A DNA stretch of 64,000 nucleotides, taken from positions 15,992 to 79,991 of the forward strand of contig NZ_NCKC01000008.1 in NCBI RefSeq assembly GCF_002282715.1, given 5' to 3'. The DNA comes from Halothiobacillus sp. 15-55-196. Lineage in GTDB: Bacteria; Pseudomonadota; Gammaproteobacteria; Halothiobacillales; Halothiobacillaceae. Below the pieces are notes generated by a model. It ran no database searches. It was not told where the DNA came from and saw nothing but the letters and a program-made list of their open reading frames with translations. The translations under genes and the position numbers were made by a program. This document shows, one piece after another, positions 20,948 to 30,534 of the stretch (position 1 is its first letter; every line of letters starts with the position of its first letter).

Positions 20948-22081
20948 TCAGGTTACGGCTTCTTCAATCACGGCGCCACCAAGACAAACATCGCCCTGAT
21001 AGAAGACGATGGATTGTCCCGGTGTGATGGCGCGTTGCGGCTGATCGAAGGTTACATTTAGCAGACCTTCGGTCAGGGCTGTGACCGTGCAGGATTGATC
21101 GGGTTGACGGTATCGAATCTTGGCGGTCAAACGCAGAGGGTAGGGGCCAACGTGCGTCATTGGGTCATTGATCCAGTGAATCTGTCCGGCGCGCAACGCA
21201 GGGGCAAATAGCGCCGGGTGATCTTGCCCCTGCGCCACGATAAGGGTGTTATCCCCGAGATTTTTCCCCGTGACATACCAGGGTTGATCACCCTGATTCC
21301 GCAGCCCGCCAATGCCTAAGCCCTGCCGTTGGCCGATGGTGTGATACATCAGGCCCTGGTGTTGACCAATAACCTGACCATCTACGGTAACAATGTCGCC
21401 CGGTTGCGCCGGCAGGTAGGTCTTCAGGAACTCGCTGAATCGGCGCTCACCGATGAAGCAGATGCCCGTGGAGTCTTTTTTGGTTGCTGTTTTGAAGCCC
21501 GCTTGTTCTGCGATGCGCCGTACCTCGGGCTTTTCCATTTCACCGATAGGAAAGAGTGCCGACGCAAGCTGTTCCCTGCTGAGCGCATGCAGGAAGTAGC
21601 TCTGATCCTTGTTGGCGTCCAGTCCTTTCAATAGGCGCGTTTCACCCGAGCCGTCGGGTAATGCGTGCTGGACGCGCGCATAGTGTCCCGTCGCGATGTA
21701 ATCGGCCCCCAGTGTTCGGGCGTGGTCTAAAAAAGCGCGAAACTTGATTTCACGGTTGCAGAGAATGTCAGGGTTGGGTGTTCGACCGGCGCGATATTCA
21801 TCCAGAAAGTGGGCGAACACGCGATCCCAGTAATCCTGGGCGAAATTCACAAAATGAAACTCGATCCCGAGCCGGTCGGCAACAGACAGCGCATCGAGCA
21901 TATCGGCCTTGGCCGCGCAGTATTCGTCGTTATCATCCCCTTCCCAGTTCTTCATGAACAGGCCTTCGACCTGGTAACCCGCTTCGATTAAACGCAGGGC
22001 GGCGACAGAGGAATCCACCCCGCCGGATAAGCCAACTATCACGCGTGTATCTTGCGGGCGTTTAAGCGTGTTCAGCGTCAT
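20948..22081 (-). CDS. mnmA: tRNA 2-thiouridine(34) synthase
   Basis: PP-loop [13 protein letters not shown], plus [12 protein letters not shown] and KDQSYFL. Confidence 0.95.
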   Translation of the reverse strand: MTLNTLKRPQDTRVIVGLSGGVDSSVAALRLIEAGYQVEGLFMKNWEGDDNDEYCAAKADMLDALSVADRLGIEFHFVNFAQDYWDRVFAHFLDEYRAGRTPNPDILCNREIKFRAFLDHARTLGADYIATGHYARVQHALPDGSGETRLLKGLDANKDQSYFLHALSREQLASALFPIGEMEKPEVRRIAEQAGFKTATKKDSTGICFIGERRFSEFLKTYLPAQPGDIVTVDGQVIGQHQGLMYHTIGQRQGLGIGGLRNQGDQPWYVTGKNLGDNTLIVAQGQDHPALFAPALRAGQIHWINDPMTHVGPYPLRLTAKIRYRQPDQSCTVTALTEGLLNVTFDQPQRAITPGQSIVFYQGDVCLGGAVIEEAVT

Positions 22082-22551
22082 GTTCTTATTCCAGTCAAGG
22101 AATGTAGCACGGCAAGATCAAAGCATTGCCCTTGCTGGAAATCCTCGATGCAGCTCAGGACAAAAGGCGAGCGAAGCTCGGCTTGCCTTGCGATTATTTC
22201 TTCTGCTGTGCGCCATTCTGTCGAATGTATGGCCGCATCAAGAGGAAGAGACAGATCGGGTGAGGGATCGACGCTACCGATGATGGCTATCCGCATGATT
22301 CTATGGCCTGCAGCCGGATTATGGTGATAAACCCCCAATAATGCCTCAGGGTGGAAGTGATATCGCGTTTCTTCCAGAACTTCCCGTTTGACGGCTTCGA
22401 TAAGACTTTCTCCCGGTTCGACATGTCCGGCAGGCTGATTGAGCTTGATCTGCCCCTCAATCAATTCTTTTACCAGCAGAAATCGTTCCTCACGAAAAAT
22501 AATGCCAGCAACGGTAATGGCAGACAGGGGGCGATGGGTGATGGGATTCAT
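22078..22551 (-). CDS. NUDIX hydrolase
   Basis: Nudix box [22 protein letters not shown]. It overlaps the mnmA start by 4 nt, analogous to the nudJ-mnmA arrangement. Confidence 0.85.
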   Translation of the reverse strand: MNPITHRPLSAITVAGIIFREERFLLVKELIEGQIKLNQPAGHVEPGESLIEAVKREVLEETRYHFHPEALLGVYHHNPAAGHRIMRIAIIGSVDPSPDLSLPLDAAIHSTEWRTAEEIIARQAELRSPFVLSCIEDFQQGQCFDLAVLHSLTGIRT

Positions 22552-22604
22552 AGCAAAATTATACGCCCAGACGGAACAGCTCGGGGTAGTGGGGTCGATA
22601 AGTG

Positions 22605-23720
22605 TTACGAAGTAGACGCATTCTTCTGAAATATCGACATAAACTCAACCAGCTTTTCGACGGCTTGAAGTTCTAGCCCGTTGTATATAGACGCACGAAT
22701 CCCGCCGATGGCCCGGTGCCCGGATAAACCCGAGAACCCGGCATCTCGACTGGCAGCGAGGAAGCGTTGTTCCAGTTCCGGCGTGGCAAGATTGAACACG
22801 ACATTCATCAATGAGCGATCCGGTATCGCGGCGCGTCCCTGATAGAAACCGTCGCTCTGATCGAGCGCTTCATAAAGCAGGGCCGCTTTGCGTTGATTGC
22901 GTGTATTCATGGCGTTCAGCCCGCCGATATCGTCCAAAAGCCAGCGTGTGACGAGCAGAACGACGTATATCGCGAAAACCGGCGGGGTGTTGTAATTGGA
23001 GTGGGCCTTGATATGGCTGCGATAATCCAGCCACCCCGGCAGGTTATCGGGCATGTCCTGCAACAGTTCGTCTCGAATCAGAACGACGGTCACGCCCGCC
23101 GGGCCGATGTTCTTCTGCGCATGGGCGTAGATTATGCCAAAGCGGTCTGCTTCGCAGGGTTTGGACAGGAAATCAGAAGACATGTCGCAGACACGCGGCA
23201 CATCGTCTCGCCCCAGAACCCGATGAAACTGCAAGCCTTCGACCGTCTCATTGGAGACATAATGCAGGTAGGGTGCGGTGGCGGAAAAATCCAGCTCCTC
23301 ATCGGCAGGGAGCCTGTGGAACCCATCTGCCTCGCCACTCCACAAGACGCGCAGTTTGGTTTCCTTGCTGGCTTCCCCCAGCACCTTGCCGCTCCAGTAA
23401 CCGGTATGAAGGTATTCCGGGGGTTCGGTTTTTCCGTGCAGCAGGGTCATGGGTACCATGGAAAACTGTTGGGTCGCACCACCTTGCAGTAACAGTACGT
23501 GGTAGCTCTTATCCAGCCCCAGCAGGCGTCGGATATTGTTTTCAAGCTCTGCAACAACGCCCAAGAACCAGTCGGACCGATGACTGATGCCAAGAATGGA
23601 GAGCCCCACCTCGGGCACGCACATAATAGCTTCCTGAACCTGTGCGAGGACGGTTGCGGGTAGCGCACCCGGCCCGCCAGAGAAGTTCAAGCCATTATTC
23701 ATATTTTGCTGCAAAGGCAT
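22605..23720 (-). CDS. serC: phosphoserine aminotransferase
   Basis: NFSGGPGALP, SNETVEG and AHAQKNIGPAGVT (PLP lysine). The ATG occupying 23718..23720 is the first start after the upstream gene's stop; the longer ORF-track version (to 23831) would overlap that gene. Confidence 0.93.
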   Translation of the reverse strand: MPLQQNMNNGLNFSGGPGALPATVLAQVQEAIMCVPEVGLSILGISHRSDWFLGVVAELENNIRRLLGLDKSYHVLLLQGGATQQFSMVPMTLLHGKTEPPEYLHTGYWSGKVLGEASKETKLRVLWSGEADGFHRLPADEELDFSATAPYLHYVSNETVEGLQFHRVLGRDDVPRVCDMSSDFLSKPCEADRFGIIYAHAQKNIGPAGVTVVLIRDELLQDMPDNLPGWLDYRSHIKAHSNYNTPPVFAIYVVLLVTRWLLDDIGGLNAMNTRNQRKAALLYEALDQSDGFYQGRAAIPDRSLMNVVFNLATPELEQRFLAASRDAGFSGLSGHRAIGGIRASIYNGLELQAVEKLVEFMSIFQKNASTS

Positions 23721-23724
23721 CGTG

Positions 23725-24966
23725 TTATTCCGTTTCTGCGGTAGTTGTTGCCAACAACTGACGCAAGGCGTTCTGAATTTGCTGGATCGGCTCTTGTTTA
23801 TAAGGGAATAGCTCAACCGGGTCCATGGCATGTACCACCATCACATGATCGATTTCGAAGATGAGCAGTTCGCCCGCTTGTGTTTCGGCACCGTCAAAGC
23901 AGACATAGTCCAGCCCCATTCGTTCCGCGATCATGCCGAGCGCCTGCCCATGTCGGGTGATGAATGCGTCAAAGTGCAGCATGAACTGTGCTTCTTCCTG
24001 CCGTTTTTCCGTATCTTCATACATACCCGCGTTGACGTAATGGATCATCCAGTGCGCGGAGACAGCCATGTGAACGGCAAAGGGTTTTCCGCCGACTAAT
24101 GCGATGCGGAACTTGCGAAACAGGCCATCGGCTCCGCTGTAGTCGATAAAGGGCGCGATGAAGAACTCTGTTGAGGAAACTTGATCTAGATAGCGCTGCA
24201 ATGCAGCGATATTTGCCACGCGTTCAAGATCACGCCCGGCGTGGGAGTCGAACGGGCGCACGATCAGCGGGAAGTCGAGGTCGGCGGCAATGTGCGTTAG
24301 CGGCTGCGACGTTTCAGCGACGGCGGCCAGTTGTTCCCGCGATATGCGGTACGTCGTCGGCATGAGTACGCCGGGGATGTCGTGCAGTATCTGGCAGGCC
24401 GTGTCCCGTTGGGTATTCGGGATGGCTTGCGGCCGATTCAACACGCGCACGGGCCAGTCGTTCAATGCGGTGGCCAACGCAGTCAGAAGCGGGCGGTGCT
24501 GTGGGGCGTCGCCAATCGCGATGAAAACGGCATCATGGGGCGGCAATGGGTCGGGTAAAAGCGCGTCGAGTGCGCAGTAATGACAAAACAGATCAATATC
24601 ACTGCCTTCGAGCAAGCAATCGAGTGGCGTGTTGGCCGCAATATCGCCCGGAACCATCAGCATCAGAATCCTGAAACTGCTGGGTTGTGTCAGTGCGGGA
24701 ATCTCAAAGCTGCGTTGTAGCGTTAACCCCTGATTCTGCGTGGCAAAGGCCGACTCACGTTGACCCAGACTGAACATCAAAGTGGAGAGGTTCATCCAGA
24801 GGTTTGCATCCAGCGGGAATTGGTTCAGGTTGCCCAGAGCGGCTCTGGCAAAAGCCTGCAAATCCTGCCCTTCGATGCTGGCTCTCAAAAAGGGAGCCAA
24901 CCCCAGGAAAGGAGTGGAGGGAATGTCCACGTGGTCTTCTTCAGTCATCTTTTTATTCTCATTCAA
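23725..24966 (-). CDS. uncharacterised ATP-grasp-type ligase with an unassigned ~200-aa N-terminal region
   Basis: The C-terminal half shows FPLIVRPFDSHAGRDL, EFFIAPFIDY, RKFRIALVGGKPFAV and GELLIFEIDH, which resemble RimK/GshB-type ATP-grasp strands. The start is TTG 24966 or ATG 24948. The stop lies 4 nt before the serC ATG. Confidence 0.6.
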   Translation of the reverse strand: MNENKKMTEEDHVDIPSTPFLGLAPFLRASIEGQDLQAFARAALGNLNQFPLDANLWMNLSTLMFSLGQRESAFATQNQGLTLQRSFEIPALTQPSSFRILMLMVPGDIAANTPLDCLLEGSDIDLFCHYCALDALLPDPLPPHDAVFIAIGDAPQHRPLLTALATALNDWPVRVLNRPQAIPNTQRDTACQILHDIPGVLMPTTYRISREQLAAVAETSQPLTHIAADLDFPLIVRPFDSHAGRDLERVANIAALQRYLDQVSSTEFFIAPFIDYSGADGLFRKFRIALVGGKPFAVHMAVSAHWMIHYVNAGMYEDTEKRQEEAQFMLHFDAFITRHGQALGMIAERMGLDYVCFDGAETQAGELLIFEIDHVMVVHAMDPVELFPYKQEPIQQIQNALRQLLATTTAETE

Positions 24967-24972
24967 CTCACT

Positions 24973-25200
24973 TTATCCACCAAGCAAAATATCGAAGGCG
25001 GATTTGGTTCTTGCGGCTAGGTGATGCACTCTAAGAGGATAACCTTTCGTGAGTGATTGGGCTTTGTTCGATTTGAACATAGTTCGTTTTACGGCGGATT
25101 GAGGGATGCCCAGATGACACGGTGCCTCGGCGATCATTTTATTTGTGTAAGGGTGGAACTTTCTCTCTTGAAGGTTGTTTAATGTGCATAACTTGTGCAT
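24973..25200 (-). CDS. doubtful 75-codon ORF: basic, HTH-like segment, ends in Gly-Gly
   Basis: Its stop lies 6 nt before the ATP-grasp TTG. The segment CHLGIPQSAVKRT resembles an HTH recognition helix, and the C-terminus is ...FDILLGG. Against it: no Shine-Dalgarno sequence, an AT-rich context, and rare codons (TTA, AGA, CTA). Confidence 0.25.
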   Translation of the reverse strand: MHKLCTLNNLQERKFHPYTNKMIAEAPCHLGIPQSAVKRTMFKSNKAQSLTKGYPLRVHHLAARTKSAFDILLGG

Positions 25201-25324
25201 TCGGTTAGGTTGTTATCAAGATTCTGCTGTTCCTTTGATTAATTTCTCTTGAATAAGCTGTTTTTCTATGCAAAAGTTATACAACTAATTGACTCGGTTT
25301 TTGCTTACATGCGAGGTGCCATCC

Positions 25325-26356
25325 ATGGGTAGTGTGACGCAATATAAAAAGTCTGTCGGCAACGACGGCGTTCAGATTTCAAAACGTCAACGGATAGCAC
25401 CTGATCCTGTGGACGCAGAAGAATTGCTTGCTGTGGATGATGTCGAGTTGGACGACGATATTGACTCTCTGGAGAAAGATGAGGAAGAACTGACAACAAC
25501 CTTTACCGCCAGCGATTCTGAGTCAGTTGATCCTGTTCGCTTGTATCTTCGTGATGTTGAAACCGAGCGTTTGCTCACTGCGGAAGAAGAGGTGATTTAT
25601 TCACGGCGAGCGCAAAGCGGTGATGAATCCGCGCGCCAAAAAATGATCGTCTGCAATTTGCGTCTGGTGATCAAGATTGCGCGACGCTACATGAATCGAG
25701 GCCTCGATTTGCTTGATTTGATCGAGGAAGGAAACATCGGTTTGATGAGAGCGGTCGAAAAGTTCGATCCCGAGCGTGGATTTCGTTTTTCCACCTATGC
25801 CACGTGGTGGATTCGGCAGACCATCGAACGTGGTTTGATGAATCAATCCAGAACCGTTCGTTTGCCAGTGCATGTCGTTAAGGAGGTGCATTCTTTTAAC
25901 CGCGCGGCCAGAAAGATTGCGCAAAATCAGAATGCCGAAGTGACTGCTGAACAAATTGCCGATCACCTGGATCGCCCCGTGAATGACGTGCTAAAAGTAA
26001 TGGCCTACAACGAGCGGCAATCCTCGTTTGATAGCCCTCTGAAAGGGGATGGAGAGTTTTCGTTGCTTGACCTGATACCCGATCAGGAGAGCAATCAGCC
26101 AGATGAGCTATTACAGGATGCCGGAGTTCATGGATTTCTTGATCAACTCATTGCCCAGCTTGAGAGTAAACAGCGAGAAGTATTGGTTCGGCGATATGGA
26201 TTGCGCGGGTATGAAACGCATACCCTGGAAGAAGTGGGCGATCATTTAGGCGTAACACGCGAACGCGTTCGACAAATACAATTGGAGGCTGTGCGGCGAT
26301 TGAAATCACTGGCTAAAAAGGCTGGTGTTACCGCCGAAGTTATTTTCCCTGACTGA
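25325..26356 (+). CDS. rpoS: RNA polymerase sigma factor RpoS (group 2 sigma-70)
   Basis: [77 protein letters not shown] is very close to the RpoS region 2. Region 4 reads [20 protein letters not shown]. The N-terminus is acidic. Confidence 0.9.
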   Translation: MGSVTQYKKSVGNDGVQISKRQRIAPDPVDAEELLAVDDVELDDDIDSLEKDEEELTTTFTASDSESVDPVRLYLRDVETERLLTAEEEVIYSRRAQSGDESARQKMIVCNLRLVIKIARRYMNRGLDLLDLIEEGNIGLMRAVEKFDPERGFRFSTYATWWIRQTIERGLMNQSRTVRLPVHVVKEVHSFNRAARKIAQNQNAEVTAEQIADHLDRPVNDVLKVMAYNERQSSFDSPLKGDGEFSLLDLIPDQESNQPDELLQDAGVHGFLDQLIAQLESKQREVLVRRYGLRGYETHTLEEVGDHLGVTRERVRQIQLEAVRRLKSLAKKAGVTAEVIFPD

Positions 26357-26423
26357 TCTGTCTTCTGCAGCGCTGTGTTAGTCGGCGCAAAAGGTTTGGT
26401 ATAGTCTGTATTAAACTCATAGG

Positions 26424-26457
26424 AAACCGCCACTCATTTCGAGAGGCGGTTTTTTTA
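26424..26457 (+). terminator. rho-independent terminator of rpoS
   Basis: AACCGCC / GGCGGTT stem followed by TTTTTTT. Confidence 0.8.
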
Positions 26458-26570
26458 TCGCTGCAAAAATAACTTAGGTGGGTAATAATTTAATTTCCAA
26501 AGAAATCATTCAGGGTAATCGGCCTCATAAAAGAGGATTGAAAAGCGACTATGGAGATATACTGAAAACT

Positions 26571-27098
26571 ATGCCTACACCAGAGTTTGATATTTGCAGC
26601 GAAGATAGAATGCCAGTTTTGATGATGCGTGTTACGCAGCTATGGCGCCAATTAATGGATGCAGAGCTTGCCCATCACGGATTGAGCCAGGCAAAGTGGC
26701 GTACTTTGGCTATATTGGCAATGAGACCGGAAGGCATGATCCAGTCCGAGTTGGCAGATGAACTTGGTGTGGAAGGGCCTTCTTTAGTTGCGATGCTGGA
26801 TCGGTTATCCAAGGATGAGTGGGTTGAGCGTATCCTTTCTGAAACGGATCGGCGCTGCAAAATCATACGCCTGACCCCTCGGGCGTGGCCCCTCATCGAA
26901 GAGATACGCATCAGTTCGCAGAAAATATTTCAACGGACAATTGCCAAGGTGGATGTCGCGCCACTTTCAGTGATCGAGTCGTTTTTTATCGATCTCAGGG
27001 AGCGTCTTTACAATGACCTACCGGATAAGAAACGGCATCACCGAAGTGAACGGCGCGCTGTTTGTGGCCTCCCCACCAGTCATGACTGGACCGACTGA
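26571..27098 (+). CDS. MarR-family transcriptional regulator
   Basis: Winged-HTH region LSQAKWRTLAILAMRPEGMIQSELADELGVEGPSLVAMLDRLSKDEWVER..DRRCKIIRLT. The start is uncertain (GTG 26478, ATG 26571 or ATG 26610). Confidence 0.85.
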   Translation: MPTPEFDICSEDRMPVLMMRVTQLWRQLMDAELAHHGLSQAKWRTLAILAMRPEGMIQSELADELGVEGPSLVAMLDRLSKDEWVERILSETDRRCKIIRLTPRAWPLIEEIRISSQKIFQRTIAKVDVAPLSVIESFFIDLRERLYNDLPDKKRHHRSERRAVCGLPTSHDWTD

Positions 27099-27165
27099 GC
27101 TGGTTATTTATTCATCGAGAATTTGTCCCCAGGCGTTACCTCGAAAAACGTCACCAATAGTGCAT

Positions 27166-27669
27166 TCAGTCCAGATGGTGCCGAATCAAGTCCACAACCA
27201 CCTTCGGTGATTTACCAGCCGTTTCAATAATCAGATCAGCTACCCCGCGGTAAAGTGGCTCACGCATCGTCATCAGTTCGTTCAGTTTGCCCGCCCTGTC
27301 TTTTGTTTGCAGTAACGGGCGCTGGGTATCCATGGCCGTTCGTTCCGCCTGTTGCTGCACGGTAGCGTGCAAATAAACCACAAAGCCGCGCTCGGCAAAT
27401 ACCGCCCGATTCTCGGGACGCAAAATCGCTCCGCCCCCCGTGGCCAGCACCCAGCCAGATGTTTGCGTGAGTTCATCGATCACAGCAACTTCCCGATCCC
27501 GAAAACCGGCTTCGCCCTCGATCTCGAAGATCAGCGGGATGGTGGCACCGGTGCGATGCTCGATTTCTTTGTCCGAGTCATAAAATGGCAAGTTCATGCT
27601 GTGGGCCAGCATTTTACCTATCGTACTTTTGCCGGCACCCATGGGGCCGATGAGAATTATATTGTTCAT
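27166..27669 (-). CDS. aroK: shikimate kinase
   Basis: P-loop [12 protein letters not shown], plus DSDKEIE and [11 protein letters not shown]. It lies downstream of pilQ, as in many Proteobacteria. Confidence 0.93.
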   Translation of the reverse strand: MNNIILIGPMGAGKSTIGKMLAHSMNLPFYDSDKEIEHRTGATIPLIFEIEGEAGFRDREVAVIDELTQTSGWVLATGGGAILRPENRAVFAERGFVVYLHATVQQQAERTAMDTQRPLLQTKDRAGKLNELMTMREPLYRGVADLIIETAGKSPKVVVDLIRHHLD

Positions 27670-27692
27670 GTGGTGATTTTAAGTGAGAAATG

Positions 27693-27716
27693 AAAAACCC
27701 CGCATAGGCGGGGTTT
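27693..27716 (-). terminator. rho-independent terminator between pilQ and aroK
   Basis: On the minus strand, stem AAACCCCGC / GCGGGGTTT with loop CTAT, followed by TTTTT. Confidence 0.7.
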
Positions 27717-27740
27717 GCTTCGAGTAAAACCCGTTGCGGA

Positions 27741-29963
27741 TTAGTTGGTGTTCACCAAGGATTGATCGCTGTTGATGATTTTCGGTGTGACGAAAATCAG
27801 CAATTCAAGACGTTGGTTCTTGACTTCTTTATTTTTGAAGAGGTTCCCTATGCCTGGTAAGTCTCCAAAGAAAGGCACTTTGTTAATCGAGTTGTTGTTT
27901 TCAAACTGATAAATACCACCCAGAACAACGGTCTCACCATTTTTAACTTCGACCTTGGTTTTTACTTCCCGGGTATTGATTGGCGGGTTGGTTGTCCCGG
28001 GCAGCAGATTGGTGTAGTCCGGCTCATCTTTTTTGACATCGATGTCCATAATGATGTTGTTATTCGGTGTGATTTGCGGCGTCACTTCTGTAGACAAAAC
28101 TGCCTTCTTGAAGCTGACTGTATTACTGGCCACACCACCGGCCGTTTGAGTCGCAATGTACGGAATCTCGGTCCCTTGAGAAATCAAGGCCGTATGACCA
28201 TTGGTGGTTATCACTTTCGGGCTGGAGACAATCTCACCTGTCCCTTCGGATTGAAGTGCGGAGAGTTCAAGATCAAGCAACACGTTCGAACCAAGAATGG
28301 CGAGACCTAAACTACCTGCAGGCGTTCCGCTAATTGGGGCATTGACCATCCAATTGCCGGGTGTGGTAGTGGATGTGCCTTGAGTAACCGCAGTGCCTGG
28401 ACCACCATTTCCATTGTTAAGATCATAAGGTAATGTACCACCAGCTGATAAAGACGGTGATGTCGATCCTAAACCTATTGTGCTGTTGCCCCGGTTGAAT
28501 CCGGCCTGAACACCCCAGCGAACGCCCAGTTGACGAGCGAAGTTGTCGGTTGCGATCACAATTCGGGTTTCAATCAGAACCTGTTTGACGGGCTTGTCGA
28601 GTTTCTGAATCAGATCACGGATGCGATCAAGCGCACTGGCGGTATCGGTAATGATCAGGCTGTTGGAGCGGGCGTCAACAGTCACACTGCCGCGGTCACT
28701 GATGAAACGCTGTGCCGTGTCCGTGCTCTCACCGTTTTTACCTGACGATTTGCTCGTTTTGGATGCGGACTCTAGCAGCTTGTAGATGTCGTCGGCTTTT
28801 GCGTAATTGATCTGAATAATATCAGTGGTGAGAGGGGCGAGCTGCTGAGATTGCTGACGCGCTTCGAGTTCCGCCTTGTCTCGTGCCACGATGTCCGCCG
28901 TGGGGGCCACGTACATGACATTGCCATTTTTGCGCATCGATAAGCCTTTTGTTTCCAGGATGAGCGCAAGCGCTTGATCCCAAGGCACATTTTCGAGCCG
29001 TAAACTAATGGAGCCTTTGACATTATCGCTGACCACGATGTTGTTGCCCGTGAAGTCGGCAATCAGCTGAAGCAGTGGGCGGATTTGAATGTCCTGGAAT
29101 TTGAGCGTCAAGCGCTCACCGGTATATTTTTTCTCACCGACATTCTGCGCACCTTGTGATTGGGGCACGGGTTTGACTTCTACAACTAAACGGTTGTCCG
29201 TCTGGTAAGCCATGTGCTCGCCCGCGTTGCGCGTTTTCAGAGTAATTCGGCTACCGTTCCCCATTGGGCGAACATCGATATCTTCCACCGGTGTGGCGAA
29301 GTCTTTGACGCCAAAACGGCCGGACTCGACACGGGTGTTCGGCAGATCGATGATGATGTTGCTGCCTTCGCTGCGCATTTTCATGGGCGCATTCGGGCCG
29401 GAGGTTTGGATGAGGAGTCGACCGGCACCATCAGCCGCACGACGGAAATCAATGCTCTGCCCACGGTCCATCGCGGTGGCAGGATTATTGCCAGCCGTGT
29501 TGCTGACGGCCAGCCCGCTTGCTGTCGTGTCACTGACTGAGGCGGGTTTGAAGGTAACGGTTAATTCGTTGCCTTGCGGGTTAATCGCGTAGGGTGTTGC
29601 CTGATCGAGGTTGAATACAACACGCGTTTTACCCCCGGCTTCGGCCATCATCAGGGACTTTACCGGGCCCAAATTGATCTTCCGGGTCCGTTCGCCGGTT
29701 TTATTTGTCGTGTCGGGCAGGTCAATCGCGACCCGAGCCGGGTTATCAATCTGGAAGTTGTCCGGACTGCCCGATAACGGCGATGAAAGTTTGAAATGCA
29801 CCTGAATAGAGCCATCCGCTGTACGGTCGGTGCTGATCGTATTGATGTCGCCTGCGTAACCAATGGCGGGAATAAGAAGTGATATCGATAATACGCCCAA
29901 GGATTGCCGAATGGCTCGGGTCAGTGGTCGATAAAGTGTTTTTGCATCCATAACGCTGTTCAT
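27741..29963 (-). CDS. pilQ: type IV pilus secretin PilQ
   Basis: 740 aa with a signal peptide, N-terminal AMIN-like repeats, and a C-terminal secretin domain (VVLGGIYQ...VPFFGDLPGIGNLFK). Confidence 0.95.
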   Translation of the reverse strand: MNSVMDAKTLYRPLTRAIRQSLGVLSISLLIPAIGYAGDINTISTDRTADGSIQVHFKLSSPLSGSPDNFQIDNPARVAIDLPDTTNKTGERTRKINLGPVKSLMMAEAGGKTRVVFNLDQATPYAINPQGNELTVTFKPASVSDTTASGLAVSNTAGNNPATAMDRGQSIDFRRAADGAGRLLIQTSGPNAPMKMRSEGSNIIIDLPNTRVESGRFGVKDFATPVEDIDVRPMGNGSRITLKTRNAGEHMAYQTDNRLVVEVKPVPQSQGAQNVGEKKYTGERLTLKFQDIQIRPLLQLIADFTGNNIVVSDNVKGSISLRLENVPWDQALALILETKGLSMRKNGNVMYVAPTADIVARDKAELEARQQSQQLAPLTTDIIQINYAKADDIYKLLESASKTSKSSGKNGESTDTAQRFISDRGSVTVDARSNSLIITDTASALDRIRDLIQKLDKPVKQVLIETRIVIATDNFARQLGVRWGVQAGFNRGNSTIGLGSTSPSLSAGGTLPYDLNNGNGGPGTAVTQGTSTTTPGNWMVNAPISGTPAGSLGLAILGSNVLLDLELSALQSEGTGEIVSSPKVITTNGHTALISQGTEIPYIATQTAGGVASNTVSFKKAVLSTEVTPQITPNNNIIMDIDVKKDEPDYTNLLPGTTNPPINTREVKTKVEVKNGETVVLGGIYQFENNNSINKVPFFGDLPGIGNLFKNKEVKNQRLELLIFVTPKIINSDQSLVNTN

Positions 29964-29982
29964 TGCTTTCTATCCCCTTGAA

Positions 29983-30534
29983 TCATTTGGTCGCGTTTTG
30001 CTGGACAATCGCAGTTTGCTTGCGCCAGCCGCCCTGTCCGTCGGGCACGATTTCTTCGAGCGTGATCTTGTCAGGCGTGATCTTGACGACCTTGCCGTAA
30101 TTCAAGCCCATGTAATTGCCCACCTGGATCTCATGAATGACGCCATCGCCATCTCGGACGAGGGCATATGTCGTGCCCTTGCGTTCGAGCACACCCTTCA
30201 TTGAGAGAGCGTCCAGTGGATACATTTCCAGAGGCTCTTTGGGGCGGTTCATGTCTGGGGTGATGCCGCTGCCTTTATTCGCTGTCTGGGTGACGGCTGG
30301 CTCAAATGGTGTGCGATCCTTGGTTTCCACATAACTGAATTTCGGCAGGGGCTTCATTTCAGGGATGGGTTCAATCTTCCCTCCGGGCCGCGCCAGAATT
30401 TGATCCACCTTTTGTGTCAGGTCGCTCATGTTGTTCGCGCAGCCACTGAGCATGAGTGTGGCGGGTACTAATACAAGTATCCATTTGGCAGATCGAATTT
30501 TTTTCTTGTGGGCAAAAGGCTGATTGTGCGTCAT
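29983..30534 (-). CDS. pilP: type IV pilus assembly lipoprotein PilP
   Basis: Lipobox LMLSGC; operon position between pilO and pilQ; C-terminal beta domain YALVRDGDGVIHEIQVGNYMG. Confidence 0.88.
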   Translation of the reverse strand: MTHNQPFAHKKKIRSAKWILVLVPATLMLSGCANNMSDLTQKVDQILARPGGKIEPIPEMKPLPKFSYVETKDRTPFEPAVTQTANKGSGITPDMNRPKEPLEMYPLDALSMKGVLERKGTTYALVRDGDGVIHEIQVGNYMGLNYGKVVKITPDKITLEEIVPDGQGGWRKQTAIVQQNATK

